Shown piece by piece: positions 36,528 to 46,875 of a DNA stretch of 64,000 nt. Source of the stretch: a virus. Made by a program: the position numbers and the translations under genes. The stretch spans positions 27,364 through 91,363 of the IMG/VR virus record IMGVR_UViG_3300031548_000002; one strand, 5' to 3'. Numbering within the stretch: position 1 is the first letter of the stretch; each line of letters begins with the position of its first letter. The notes under the pieces are model-generated. The model was not told the origin of the DNA. It did no database searches and saw nothing but the letters and a program-made list of their open reading frames with translations.

Positions 36528-39500
36528 TGGCGGACTACAACTACCACCGGCCGGACATCGTCGGGCAAGAGTGGGTTCCGATCCTCGATGCGGCGTACCA
36601 GCCGGACATCACGCAGGAGCGCGGTTACGCCTTCACGGCCACGCAGACCGGCGCCCCGCTGGTGCTCAACCGCGGCATCTTCTACGTCGACACGGTGCCT
36701 CCCGGCGTCACGACGTCGCAGGTTCCCTTCGTGACGGTGTACGCTAAGGGCAACGACGTCCCCATCGGCACGACCATGCGCACGGTGATTCCGTGTAGTG
36801 CCGCGACGAACGCCGGTGCGAACGGCGCGTTCTTCGGCGACCTCACCGGCGCACCGGCGCTGCAGAACCCGTCGGACGGTAGCGGCTTCAGCTTCGCCAG
36901 TGGGCCGGTCAGCACGACCGCCAACGGCACACTGGACCTGGGCTTCGACGTTTCGGGGTCCGCGATCAACGGCCTGAGCACGGCGCGCATCTTCAACGTG
37001 TCGTTCATCTACGCGGCCAACGGCGACACGGTACGCGTGGCGACGATTCCGAACTTCATGCTGACGTCCATACGCTACCGCAGCGTGGACGTGTACTATG
37101 GCAACGGCGTCCTGGAGGGCGGCGTCTCCACGCGCGGCGACCTGACCACGTCGCTGGGCCGGCTGTCGCTGGGAGAGATCAACCCCAACTGGAGCAACGC
37201 GACGTACCAGGGCACGGCGGACCGCTACCCCTGGACCGAGCCGCGGCTGCAGCTGTTCGATGAGTCGTCGGGTGACCCGATGCGCATCCGCTTCGCGTGG
37301 TCGTTCGACACCACGGGACCGGCGAGCGACGAGCCCAACCTGATGTACGCGGCGCTGGAGGTCATCTGGGCGCCGTTCGAGAACCGCCTGGCGTACGGCG
37401 GGCGCCACCTGGGCGTTGACCAGACGATCACCGGCACGGAGCCGTACTACACGACCGGCGACAACTTCGTCATCCTTCGCACGGCGAGCACGCTGGCGAC
37501 CGGCGCGGGACTTCGCGTCAACACCGGTGAGTACGTCGTGACGACGCACCTCGCCGACCTGGGTGACATGAACCAGCCGATCTTCGGCGTCAACGCCGCG
37601 GCGGCGACCAACACGCGGCCGACGTTCAACGCCATTCGCGAGCTGTACCAGGAGCCGCCGATCCAGGGTATGGAGCTGGACCGCGTGCTCTCGATCACCG
37701 ACCGGTTCGCGCTGCGATCATCACACATCATCCCCGCCATCGGCGTCTCGATCACCGGCGCCGCCGCGGCCAACCGCGTCTACTCCGGCTGCCACGGCTA
37801 CGCGTCGCAGACCCAGGGCACCGCGTTCATTCTGGCCAACACCACGCAGACGTTCCAGTCGGTCAACCTCGACGGCAGCCTGCCGTACCCGTGGGTACGC
37901 TTCTACGCGCGACGCGTCTCCGGTGAGCCCGCGGGAAGCATCCGATTCGCGGATAGCGTGGGCGCGAACAACACCTACGTGGAGATTACCGGCGCCGCAC
38001 TGGAGGCGCTGCCGGAGATCGTCGACGGCTGGCGCGAGGTGACGCTGCGCTTCGAGCCTCCGTCCAACGTTCCGGTGATGGACGGCTCAACGACGTCGCG
38101 CACGTGGGTCTGGTCCGTCACCAGCCTGGCGACCGACGAGTTTGAGACCTCGTACGAGATCCTCGCAGCCGCGTCCGCCACGCAGCTTCAGGACGCCAAC
38201 TACGAGACGTCGAGCAACGACGCCTCGATCCCGTTCGGGCGTGCGCCGTTCGCGGACACCACGTTTTTGTTCTCCACCGAGCCGCCGGCGGTCACCGGAC
38301 TCGCCGTGACGCCGAGCTCGTTCGCGGTGACCGGCATCGGAACGGAGTGCAGCGTCGTACCGGCGTGCATTCCGAGCACCGTACCGTACAACCGCGTGAC
38401 CTGGTCCATTCCGAACTTCGGAACGAACATCGAGGACACCTTCGACCGCGCGGTCACCAACGGGTGGGGCAACGCGAACACCGGCCAGGCCTGGACGATC
38501 TCCGGTGGCAGCGCCAGTGACTACTCCGTCAGCGTCACCGGTAGCCACGGCATTCACACGCACACCGGCGTCAACGTGGGGCACCACAGCACCGTTGGCC
38601 CAACGACGCTGCGCGACTTCGAGGTCTACACCGAGGCGCAGTGGCCGGGAACCTCTCCCACCGGCGCGCCCTATGAGGTGGCGGTCCTCGGACGCTTCGT
38701 GGACACGTCCAACTACTACTACTTCCGCGTGCGCTGGAGCCAAACGGACACGATCGAGGCGGCCATCGTCCGCGTGCTGGCGGGCTCATTCACGACGCTG
38801 GCGACGTCCATCATCAACCCGCAGTACTTCTCGAACGGCGGGTCGGTCAACGGCATCGTCAGCATCCGTGTGCAGGCACAGGGCTCCATGCTGCGCATGA
38901 AGATCTGGGATGAGACCGCGGGCACCGAGCCGGTTGCGTGGACCGTGACCACGTCCGACGCCAACCTCACCGCGGGACAGGTGGGCCTGCGGTCGGAGCT
39001 GATCTCCGGTAACACCAACACACTGCCGGTGAGCTTCCGCTTTCCCACCTTCATCACCACACCGGCCACGAGCGGCTTCGGCTACTACGAGCTTCAGCGC
39101 TCGGACGTCGAGACCGACTGGCAGACGATCCTCAGGGTAACGTCGCCCGGCGTCACCGGCTTCAACGACTCCGAGGCGCGCATCAGCCTGCAGTCGAACT
39201 ACCGCATCCGGCAGGTCAACGTGCACGAGTTCGTCGGACCGTGGTCCGCGACCGTCTCCGCGACGCTGCCCAGCCCGAGCGTGGCGCCCGTCGGCGCGAC
39301 GCACGAGCTGTTGGTGTTCACAACCAACACCGACCAGTCGGGCGGGCGCGTGCTCGCGTATGAGGAGGTCTGGGAGAACAGCCCCGCCAGCGAGTTCACA
39401 TACTTCGAGGGTGACGGCATGGTGCAGTTCCAGCAGATGTACGACCGGAACTTTCAGGTGGGCTTCCACCCCCTGGAGCGCGGCGGTGTACAGTTCACCC

Positions 39501-39763
39501 GCACGCTGCTGGTGCAGAACGCCGCGGTGGCCGCGCCGATCTTGGAGAACGCATTTGTGACGCTGCGCGACCTCGCGTGGCAGGATGCACCGTACATCTG
39601 CGTGCGTACCGACGTCGGCGACCGCTGGTTCACGACCGTGGAGGTGCCGTCCGGTACGATTCGACGAGCTCGGCGACTTCAGCTCGTGCAGGTGCGCATT
39701 ACAGAGTCGTCGGACACGTCCACCGTGCTGGACGTCGACCCGCCGTTCACCGCCAACCCGTGA
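36527..39763 (+). CDS. minor tail protein (distal tail with inserted beta-rich domains)
   Basis: Follows TMP; beta-rich; DTFDRAVTNGWG lectin-like segment. Confidence 0.75.
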   Translation: MADYNYHRPDIVGQEWVPILDAAYQPDITQERGYAFTATQTGAPLVLNRGIFYVDTVPPGVTTSQVPFVTVYAKGNDVPIGTTMRTVIPCSAATNAGANGAFFGDLTGAPALQNPSDGSGFSFASGPVSTTANGTLDLGFDVSGSAINGLSTARIFNVSFIYAANGDTVRVATIPNFMLTSIRYRSVDVYYGNGVLEGGVSTRGDLTTSLGRLSLGEINPNWSNATYQGTADRYPWTEPRLQLFDESSGDPMRIRFAWSFDTTGPASDEPNLMYAALEVIWAPFENRLAYGGRHLGVDQTITGTEPYYTTGDNFVILRTASTLATGAGLRVNTGEYVVTTHLADLGDMNQPIFGVNAAAATNTRPTFNAIRELYQEPPIQGMELDRVLSITDRFALRSSHIIPAIGVSITGAAAANRVYSGCHGYASQTQGTAFILANTTQTFQSVNLDGSLPYPWVRFYARRVSGEPAGSIRFADSVGANNTYVEITGAALEALPEIVDGWREVTLRFEPPSNVPVMDGSTTSRTWVWSVTSLATDEFETSYEILAAASATQLQDANYETSSNDASIPFGRAPFADTTFLFSTEPPAVTGLAVTPSSFAVTGIGTECSVVPACIPSTVPYNRVTWSIPNFGTNIEDTFDRAVTNGWGNANTGQAWTISGGSASDYSVSVTGSHGIHTHTGVNVGHHSTVGPTTLRDFEVYTEAQWPGTSPTGAPYEVAVLGRFVDTSNYYYFRVRWSQTDTIEAAIVRVLAGSFTTLATSIINPQYFSNGGSVNGIVSIRVQAQGSMLRMKIWDETAGTEPVAWTVTTSDANLTAGQVGLRSELISGNTNTLPVSFRFPTFITTPATSGFGYYELQRSDVETDWQTILRVTSPGVTGFNDSEARISLQSNYRIRQVNVHEFVGPWSATVSATLPSPSVAPVGATHELLVFTTNTDQSGGRVLAYEEVWENSPASEFTYFEGDGMVQFQQMYDRNFQVGFHPLERGGVQFTRTLLVQNAAVAAPILENAFVTLRDLAWQDAPYICVRTDVGDRWFTTVEVPSGTIRRARRLQLVQVRITESSDTSTVLDVDPPFTANP

Positions 39764-39770
39764 GGTGAGT

Positions 39771-40970
39771 GTGCCGTTTGACACCGGTCTTCCGATCACC
39801 GAGAGCGCACGTGATGACTACTTTGACTTCACGACTCGCGGCCTACGCTCGGCGACCTTCCGCTTCACACTGATCGAGTCGCTCACTCAGGCGGTCGTCG
39901 ACACGATCACGCCGATCCGCAACTCGGCGCCGACGCTGAGCCATGACGTCACGCGCGCGGTGAAGCGCGCGGTCACACTTACGCTGGGCGTGGCGGACAC
40001 CGCGATCTTCGACGAGATCGCGCACCGCGTGGACATCGACATGGTGCTGGGCGACGGCCGTGTGTTCCCACTGGGTCGCTACATGCCGGTGAGCTTCTCG
40101 CGCATTCCGACGACCGCGGGCGACATGAGCTCGGTCGCGCTGGTGGATGAGCTCTTCGTCGTGTCGCAGCCGATCACCGCGAGCCTCTCCGCCGCCCTCG
40201 TTCCGGGCAACTCGTTCACGGATGACGGCGTGGGACGCACGAACGTCTACGACGTCGTAAACGACTTTCTCGATGACTACCTGCTCTTCAACCCGTTGAA
40301 GTACCGCGGCGGTCCGACCAGTGGGTCGACGTCCGTCACCGCCACCACGACGCGGCGCGGCGTCGTGCGCAACATCGCGTTCACAAACTACGTCTCCAGC
40401 GGGTCGTGGCAGGCGGGCACCAACGGAACGACGGTGCTGACGGACCTGGCGACGTCGGGTGACTACTTCACGCCGTGGATGGGCAACGACCGAGAGTTCC
40501 ACATGATCCGGACGTTCGACCCAGCGGACGTCATTCCGAACTTCGACTTCGACGAGCAGCAGTGTGTGATCCGCGAGTCGATCACCCGGACTAACGACCT
40601 GCTGAACGCGCCCAACCGCATCATCGTGGTGTCCAACGCGGGCACCGCGGACAACCGCAACGCGGCGATCGTCGGAACGTACGACATTCCCGCCACCGCG
40701 CCTCACTCCGTCGCTAACCGCGGCTTCGTGATCGCCAAGGTGATCGACATGCAGGTCACCACACGGTCGCAGGCCAACGCGATCGCGCGGAACATCGCGG
40801 TCAACCAGCGCAACGTGGAGCGCGTGGAGCTGTCCACACCGCCCGACCCGCGGCACGACAGCTACGATGTGGTGCGCTGGAACGGCGAGCTGTGGCTCGA
40901 GATCGGCTGGAGCATGCCGCTGGTTGAGGGCGGTCAGATGCATCACACCCTGCAGAGGATCTTCCAGTGA
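39771..40970 (+). CDS. minor tail / baseplate hub protein
   Basis: Position; PNRIIVV, TPPDPRHDSYDVV; start adjusted to GTG after GAGG. Confidence 0.75.
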   Translation: MPFDTGLPITESARDDYFDFTTRGLRSATFRFTLIESLTQAVVDTITPIRNSAPTLSHDVTRAVKRAVTLTLGVADTAIFDEIAHRVDIDMVLGDGRVFPLGRYMPVSFSRIPTTAGDMSSVALVDELFVVSQPITASLSAALVPGNSFTDDGVGRTNVYDVVNDFLDDYLLFNPLKYRGGPTSGSTSVTATTTRRGVVRNIAFTNYVSSGSWQAGTNGTTVLTDLATSGDYFTPWMGNDREFHMIRTFDPADVIPNFDFDEQQCVIRESITRTNDLLNAPNRIIVVSNAGTADNRNAAIVGTYDIPATAPHSVANRGFVIAKVIDMQVTTRSQANAIARNIAVNQRNVERVELSTPPDPRHDSYDVVRWNGELWLEIGWSMPLVEGGQMHHTLQRIFQ

Positions 40971-41692
40971 GCACACCCATCGAGCCGACGATTCCGCAGA
41001 CGACCGCGCTGGCCAGCGTCGACGAGCTCGTGACGCAGGCGCAGCGCCTCGGCTTGATCTGGACGCTGCGGCCCGGCACGGTGCTCGATGTGCTGAACGG
41101 TGATGCGGCGTATAGCCCGCGCGTGCAGCTGGACGGTGACGACCAGAACTCGCGCATCATGGCAGCCTCGCTGGTCGGTGGGCTCGCGATCGGCATGCGC
41201 GTCATGGTGATGTTCGTGCCGCCCGAGGGCTACTACATCATCGGCGTGATCAACGTGGACACGACGAAGCGCTACGAGATCGGCGCGCGCACCAGCCACG
41301 GCACGACCATCACCACCACCGAGACGGTGATGGAGACGTTCACATCGTTCACCGCCCTGGCGGGCGCGGCGTACCGGTACGAGGTCGACGGCGCGATCCT
41401 GGCCGCGACGTCGACGTACACGCGGTTTCGACTGCGGAAGACCAACACCGCGGGACAGTCGCTGGGCATGAGCGACTACTGGCCGGGCATTGGCTTGGGC
41501 AACGCTCCGTTTCGTCACGAGGGCTACTTCCGCAACATCAGCAACGGCGCGATCACGACGAACATCGTCCTCACCGCCAACACGTCCATCAGCACGTCCA
41601 ACTGGGTCGCGGATGCGGAGCTGCCGCGCTACGTCAGCATCCAGTACGCGGGGCCTGCGGTAGAATATCCGTCTGCGGTGGCCATCACTTAG
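40967..41692 (+). CDS. minor tail protein (tip)
   Basis: N-terminal OB-like RPGTV...GMRVMV...YIIG; position. Confidence 0.65.
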   Translation: MSTPIEPTIPQTTALASVDELVTQAQRLGLIWTLRPGTVLDVLNGDAAYSPRVQLDGDDQNSRIMAASLVGGLAIGMRVMVMFVPPEGYYIIGVINVDTTKRYEIGARTSHGTTITTTETVMETFTSFTALAGAAYRYEVDGAILAATSTYTRFRLRKTNTAGQSLGMSDYWPGIGLGNAPFRHEGYFRNISNGAITTNIVLTANTSISTSNWVADAELPRYVSIQYAGPAVEYPSAVAIT

Positions 41693-41719
41693 GCGGCCGC
41701 ATCGAGATCTCACTGGGAG

Positions 41720-42412
41720 GTGGAGATGCTCGTCATCGTTCCGTCGCGCGGGCGACCCGACAACATCACAGCGCTGGTGGAAGCGTGGCGCCCGACGCGC
41801 ACGTACGCGCAGCTGCTGGTGGTGGCCGATGAAGATGATGAACTGATCGAGCGTTATGAGCTGCTGCGCGAGACGCTGCCGGAGTGGGCGTCGATCGCGG
41901 TCACGCCGCGAAAGCGCCTAGGTCCCACGCTCAACGACTACGCGGTGAACCTGACGAGCACGTACGACATCATCGGCTTCATGGGTGATGATCACCGACC
42001 GCGCACGCCGCACTGGGACCGCCGCCTCGCGAGCGCGATCTCGAACCTCGGCGGCGTTGGCCTCGCGTACGGCAACGACCTCATCCAGGGGATCAACCTG
42101 CCGACGGCGGTGTGGATGTCGTCGTGCATCATCGAGACGCTCGGCTACATGGTGCCACCCGGCATGATCCACCTCTACCTCGACGACTTCTGGAAGGCGC
42201 TCGGCCTGCGCATTCAGCGCCTGGCGTACGTTAACGACGTCGTCATCGAGCACATGCACCCCGTCGCCGGTAAGGCCACGTGGGACGAGCGCTACGCCGA
42301 AGTGAACAGCGGCGCGATGTACGAGAACGACGGCAAGGTCTTCCAGGCCTACCTCACCAACGCGCTGCAGGCGGATGCGGAGCGCGTCGTCGAGCGCTGT
42401 GTGATCCGGTGA
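41720..42412 (+). CDS. GT-A (GT2-like) glycosyltransferase
   Basis: VIVPSRGRP, FMGDDH, HLYLDD, IEHMHP. Confidence 0.85.
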   Translation: MEMLVIVPSRGRPDNITALVEAWRPTRTYAQLLVVADEDDELIERYELLRETLPEWASIAVTPRKRLGPTLNDYAVNLTSTYDIIGFMGDDHRPRTPHWDRRLASAISNLGGVGLAYGNDLIQGINLPTAVWMSSCIIETLGYMVPPGMIHLYLDDFWKALGLRIQRLAYVNDVVIEHMHPVAGKATWDERYAEVNSGAMYENDGKVFQAYLTNALQADAERVVERCVIR

Positions 42413-42978
42413 CCATCCGGCGGCTGCGGCCGCGGTACACCGACGGCGAGCTGGCGCACGTGTACGAGGAGCAGTACGATCACACGCGCTGGCCGGATCA
42501 CGTCTTGCGCGTGGAGGCCACCGTGGACTTCATCCGCACGGTGACGACGAAGTCGGGACGTCGCCGCGTCGCGGACCTCTCGTGCGGTGACGCGGCGATC
42601 GCCCGCGCCGTTCCCGACGTCCATGAGCGCTACCTCGGCGACCTGGTGCACAACGACGAGTACGACTTTCACGGACGCATCGAAGACACAGTGCACCAGC
42701 TGCCCGTCGTGGATCTCTTCATTCTCTCAGAGACGCTCGAGCACCTCGACGACCCGTGGCGCGTGCTCGAGCTAATCCGCGAACGCGCGCACCGCATCGT
42801 GCTGACCACCCCACTGGACGAGCGGGACGGCGGCAACCCCGAGCACTACTGGGGCTGGGATGAGGACGGCGTTCGCTCGATCATGGAGACCGTCGGCTGG
42901 GCGCCCACGCACTACGAGGCGTGGACGCCGCAGGTGAAAGATCCGTACTACACCTTCCAGTTCTGGAGCGCGATCTGA
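42409..42978 (+). CDS. class I SAM methyltransferase
   Basis: ADLSCGD, SETLEHLDDP, HYWGWD. Confidence 0.82.
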   Translation: MTIRRLRPRYTDGELAHVYEEQYDHTRWPDHVLRVEATVDFIRTVTTKSGRRRVADLSCGDAAIARAVPDVHERYLGDLVHNDEYDFHGRIEDTVHQLPVVDLFILSETLEHLDDPWRVLELIRERAHRIVLTTPLDERDGGNPEHYWGWDEDGVRSIMETVGWAPTHYEAWTPQVKDPYYTFQFWSAI

Positions 42979-43550
42979 TGCGGCCGTCCGTAGGCGTCGC
43001 CATTCCAAGCATTCCGCCGCGGTCTGAGCTCCTTCTGCGGGCCGTCCGGTCCGTATCTGACCAGACATACCCGGTCAGTCAGTTGAGCATCTCAATCGAC
43101 CACGAGCGGCTTGGCGCCGCGGGCAACCGCCAGCGGGCGCTGGACGGACTCGCGACCGACTGGGTCGCGTTCCTTGACGACGACGACGCCTTCATGCCCG
43201 AGCATGTGCAGAAGCTTATGCACTTCGCGCGCGACACCGGTGCGGACTACGTCTTCTCGTGGTTCGAGGTCGTGCAGGGCGCGGATCCGTTCCCACAGCA
43301 CTTCGGAAAGAAATACGACGTCACTAATCCACATCACACGACGATCACGGTGATGGTGCGAACGGAGCTCGCGCAGGAAGTTGGCTTCTTTCAGCCTCCG
43401 GACGGCGACGGAGCCGGTGGCAGTGGTGAGGACTGGAACTTCACGCTTCGCTGCATTGAGGCGGGTGCTCGCATCGAGCACCTACCCGAGCGCACGTGGT
43501 ATTGGTTCCACAATTCTGGCAACACCTCAGGAAGGAATGATCGCTGGTGA
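42978..43550 (+). CDS. GT2 glycosyltransferase
   Basis: WVAFLDDDD, GEDW, NTSG. Confidence 0.88.
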   Translation: MRPSVGVAIPSIPPRSELLLRAVRSVSDQTYPVSQLSISIDHERLGAAGNRQRALDGLATDWVAFLDDDDAFMPEHVQKLMHFARDTGADYVFSWFEVVQGADPFPQHFGKKYDVTNPHHTTITVMVRTELAQEVGFFQPPDGDGAGGSGEDWNFTLRCIEAGARIEHLPERTWYWFHNSGNTSGRNDRW

Positions 43551-43777
43551 AGTTCTTGAAGCTTCTCAACAGCAACTACGTCAACACCAGGTACGTCTTC
43601 TCGGCATACGCACTGCCGGGTGTCAGCGGATGGAAGATCGACATTGCCGGCGGTGAGGACGGCACCATTACCATCGGAACGTTGAACACGCCTGAGTTTA
43701 CGACCGAGGCCAAGGCGCAGCAGTTCATCCAGCAAGTGCTCGGCGGCGTGGATCCCGAGCTCTTCATCGACTTGTGA
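43547..43777 (+). CDS. small hypothetical protein
   Basis: Fills the gap between paralogous GT2 genes, overlapping start. Confidence 0.6.
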   Translation: MKFLKLLNSNYVNTRYVFSAYALPGVSGWKIDIAGGEDGTITIGTLNTPEFTTEAKAQQFIQQVLGGVDPELFIDL

Positions 43778-43784
43778 GGTCATA

Positions 43785-44363
43785 ATGAGTGTGACGGTTG
43801 TGATTCCACACATTCCCATACGTGACACGATGCTACCACGTGCGCTGAAGAGTGTGTTCAGTCAGACGCAACCGGCGGATGTCGTCACAGTCATCACTGA
43901 TGTCCGGCACGAGGGATCCGCCGCGACTCGGAATCGCGCCCTCGCCGGTGTCACCACGGAGTGGATCGCGTTTCTGGATGATGATGATGAGTGGTACCCG
44001 CAGCACCTGAAGTCGCTGCTCGCGGCCGCGCGGTCGACGGGTGCTGACGTCATCTACCCCGGCTGTGACGTCGAGCGTGACGGCCACATCATTCCGCGCC
44101 AGGAAGAGTGGGGACGCTACGGGCAGTCGTTCGACGCGGACCTCTTGCGGCGGCGGTCGTACATTCCGGTGACGTCACTGGTGCGCACCGAGCTGGTGCG
44201 CAAGACGCGCGGCTTCGAGCCTCCACCCGAGTCGCAGTATGATGACTGGGGCTTCTACCTGCAACTTCTCGACGTAGGTGCGAGGTTCTACCACCTGCCT
44301 CGCGTCACCTGGCGCTGGCATCACGGTGATCACAACACATCAGGTCAGGGAGACCGCTGGTGA
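43785..44363 (+). CDS. GT2 glycosyltransferase (paralog of 42978..43550)
   Basis: WIAFLDDDD, YDDW, HNTSGQGDRW. Confidence 0.88.
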   Translation: MSVTVVIPHIPIRDTMLPRALKSVFSQTQPADVVTVITDVRHEGSAATRNRALAGVTTEWIAFLDDDDEWYPQHLKSLLAAARSTGADVIYPGCDVERDGHIIPRQEEWGRYGQSFDADLLRRRSYIPVTSLVRTELVRKTRGFEPPPESQYDDWGFYLQLLDVGARFYHLPRVTWRWHHGDHNTSGQGDRW

Positions 44364-45412
44364 AGATCTACGCCTACCCGGCGGACTCGTTCGGCTGCGG
44401 TCACTTCCGGATCATCTGGCCCGCCGCCGAGCTGCAGAAGCAGGGCGTCGACGTCACGGTCATGCCGCCGGACGAGCGCGGCGCGTTTCACGCGGAGATC
44501 AAGAACGACCAGGTGGTCGACGTCCACTACCCGCGCGACGCCGACGTCATCGTGCTGCAGCGCGTCTCACACAAGTACCTAGCGCAGGCGGTGGGCTTCA
44601 TCCGGAAGCGCGGCGTCGCGGTGATCATGGACATCGATGACGATCTCTCCACGATCCATCCGAACAACCCGGCGTGGCAGATCTTGCACCCGCGCACGGG
44701 TGGCAGCTCAATCGTGCAGGATCACTCGTGGCATCACGTTGAGACCGCCGCGCGCAACGCGACGCTGACCGTCGTGTCCAGTGAGGCGCTGGCGCGGAAG
44801 TACCGCGGCGTGCACGGCGCGCGCGTGCTGTACAACCGCGTGCCCAACCACTACCTCGAGGTGGAGCACGTCGACTCCGACGTCATCGGCTGGTGCGGCT
44901 CGGCGTGGACGCACCCGGACGACGGACCCGAGGTGGGACCCGCGATCGCACGGCTGGTCAACGCCGGTCACAAGTTCGCGTTCGTGGGACCGAAGGACCA
45001 CGTGGCGACGTCGTTCGGAATCAGCGAGGATGACTTCGCGTGCACCGGTGGCGTCCCGATCACCGAGTGGCCACTCCGCGTCGCGGAGCTCGGCATCGGC
45101 ATCGCGCCCCTGGCGGATACCAAGTTTAATGCCTCGAAGTCGCATCTGAAGCCACTAGAATTTGCTGCACTTGGTGTACCGTGCGTCATGTCACCGCGCG
45201 CCGAGTACCTACGGCTCCACAAGGAGACAGGCATCGGCGTGATCGCCGAGCGACCCAAGGAGTGGTACCGTGAGCTGAAGAAGCTCGTGAACGACGCGCC
45301 GTACCGACGCCTCATGAGCGCACTGGCTCGTGATGAGGCGCGTAAGCTGACGTACGCCGAGCACGCGTGGCGCTGGAAGGAGGTCTGGGAGGAGGCGAAC
45401 GGCCTGCGGTAG
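44360..45412 (+). CDS. GT-B (GT4-like) glycosyltransferase
   Basis: GCGHFR, DIDDDL, IGIAPL..TKFNASKSHLKPLEFAALGVP. Confidence 0.88.
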   Translation: MKIYAYPADSFGCGHFRIIWPAAELQKQGVDVTVMPPDERGAFHAEIKNDQVVDVHYPRDADVIVLQRVSHKYLAQAVGFIRKRGVAVIMDIDDDLSTIHPNNPAWQILHPRTGGSSIVQDHSWHHVETAARNATLTVVSSEALARKYRGVHGARVLYNRVPNHYLEVEHVDSDVIGWCGSAWTHPDDGPEVGPAIARLVNAGHKFAFVGPKDHVATSFGISEDDFACTGGVPITEWPLRVAELGIGIAPLADTKFNASKSHLKPLEFAALGVPCVMSPRAEYLRLHKETGIGVIAERPKEWYRELKKLVNDAPYRRLMSALARDEARKLTYAEHAWRWKEVWEEANGLR

Positions 45413-45427
45413 TTCGCGACCAACGAG

Positions 45428-45456
45428 TCAGCCCCGGCCGCTCTGGCCGGGGCTGA
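45428..45456. terminator. bidirectional terminator between convergent arms
   Basis: TCAGCCCCGGCC...GGCCGGGGCTGA. Confidence 0.75.
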
Positions 45457-45469
45457 TGTGCATCTCGGG

Positions 45470-45853
45470 CTACGCTACGTCGCGCACGTTGGGCCAGCTG
45501 AGGCCGCAGCTGCCGCACGTGTCCGCTGTGGCGCCGCGCTTGATCTCGGTGCTGCGGCAGTCGACGTCGGGACAGTGAGCGCGCCGCTGCTTACGGCGAA
45601 ACCGCTGCCGCTGCTTCCACGTCGTGCCGCCCCACACGCCCTCGAAGTTGTTTGTGAAGGCGAAGTTCAGGCAGTGAGCGCGCACCGAGCACTCACCACA
45701 GTGTACCTCAGGCGGCGGGCTGTCGGCGTGATAATCATCATCGTAGAAGAATGGATCGTCGAAGATGCACGCGGCGTCGAGCATCCAGCTCTCGCCGGAT
45801 GTGATGCCGTAGTCGGTTCGAGGTCGGACGGATCCCACGGACTTCCCCCTCAC
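45470..45853 (-). CDS. whiB: WhiB-family transcription factor
   Basis: AAC...FF...CGECSVRAHC...GVWGG. Confidence 0.88.
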   Translation of the reverse strand: MRGKSVGSVRPRTDYGITSGESWMLDAACIFDDPFFYDDDYHADSPPPEVHCGECSVRAHCLNFAFTNNFEGVWGGTTWKQRQRFRRKQRRAHCPDVDCRSTEIKRGATADTCGSCGLSWPNVRDVA

Positions 45854-45895
45854 GCAGAGTAGGGCCCGCCGGCCGACGGTCGGCGGGCGCTGTGA

Positions 45896-46807
45896 CTACG
45901 CGGCAAGCGCGAGTGCGGCCGTCGAGTTGATCATCTTGTAGGTGATACCCTGGAGTGCCCCGGTGAACCGGGACTCCGCCGAGCCACCCGCGCGACCGTG
46001 GTCGAAGTAGTCCGAGACCGCGTTCACGAGACCCCACCCGTTGCCGGAGTAGCCGACCGTCTCACCGTGCTGCCACAGCTGCATGATCGACTGGATGACC
46101 TCTTCGGTCTTCGGCCGGTTGGGCAGAACGCGTCGGATGAGCTTCTCACCCTCCTCCGGACTGAACGGCTGGGCCGCGAGTCGCTCGGCGGTGCGCTTCA
46201 GCTCCGACGCGTAGACGTCGAGCTTCTTGATCGAGTTCTGCGCGACGTGCAGCTTGTCGTGCATCGACCGGGTGTGGGGGATCGACCAGCGGTTCTCGAC
46301 GCCGGACTTGAACGACTGCAGACCCAGCTGGTTCATGCACCGCTGGCGCAGCGGCATCACCATCGCCTCGACCGCGCGAGAGCGGTCGTGCGAGGTGCGG
46401 ACGACCACGTAGAGGTCGTGCTGGTCGTCGCCCAGCAGCGTCAACGACTCCATCTCCGGAGCCTGCACGACGACGAAGCCCTGCTTGCCGCCCTTGAGCG
46501 TGCCGGCCGCGACGAACCTCGGGTTGATCTCGTCGAGGAAGTCGAACGCCTCGCCGTACTGCAAGATCTCGTAGTCGCCCGAGACGACGTCGAAGGGCTC
46601 TTCGGTGTCGTCTCGCACGACCCACTTACGCGAGTCGGACCGGACGAACTCGCCCGCTTGCGTCCGCTGGAAGCACGGCTGCAGCGAGACGGTGAAGTCC
46701 ATGCCGCCGAGTCGGACGGCCTCTTCGGCCGTCATGACGTCCTGCTCGAGGATGTCGCCGAGCTTCATCCACGGGACGGATCGTGTGGTGATCATGGTGT
46801 CGGTCAT
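45896..46807 (-). CDS. DUF932/DUF945 family protein
   Basis: PWMKLG, YEILQ, TSHDRS, RCMNQL, WGLVNAVSDYFDH. Confidence 0.8.
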   Translation of the reverse strand: MTDTMITTRSVPWMKLGDILEQDVMTAEEAVRLGGMDFTVSLQPCFQRTQAGEFVRSDSRKWVVRDDTEEPFDVVSGDYEILQYGEAFDFLDEINPRFVAAGTLKGGKQGFVVVQAPEMESLTLLGDDQHDLYVVVRTSHDRSRAVEAMVMPLRQRCMNQLGLQSFKSGVENRWSIPHTRSMHDKLHVAQNSIKKLDVYASELKRTAERLAAQPFSPEEGEKLIRRVLPNRPKTEEVIQSIMQLWQHGETVGYSGNGWGLVNAVSDYFDHGRAGGSAESRFTGALQGITYKMINSTAALALAA

Positions 46808-46845
46808 TGTGCTCTCCCGTCGTGTCGTGTGGCTGTGCTGTGACT

Positions 46846-46875
46846 AACGTATCAGGTGATATGACGATAAGTCAA
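46846..46875 (-). promoter_or_regulatory. sigma70-type promoter
   Basis: TTGACT-N18-TACGTT. Confidence 0.6.
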
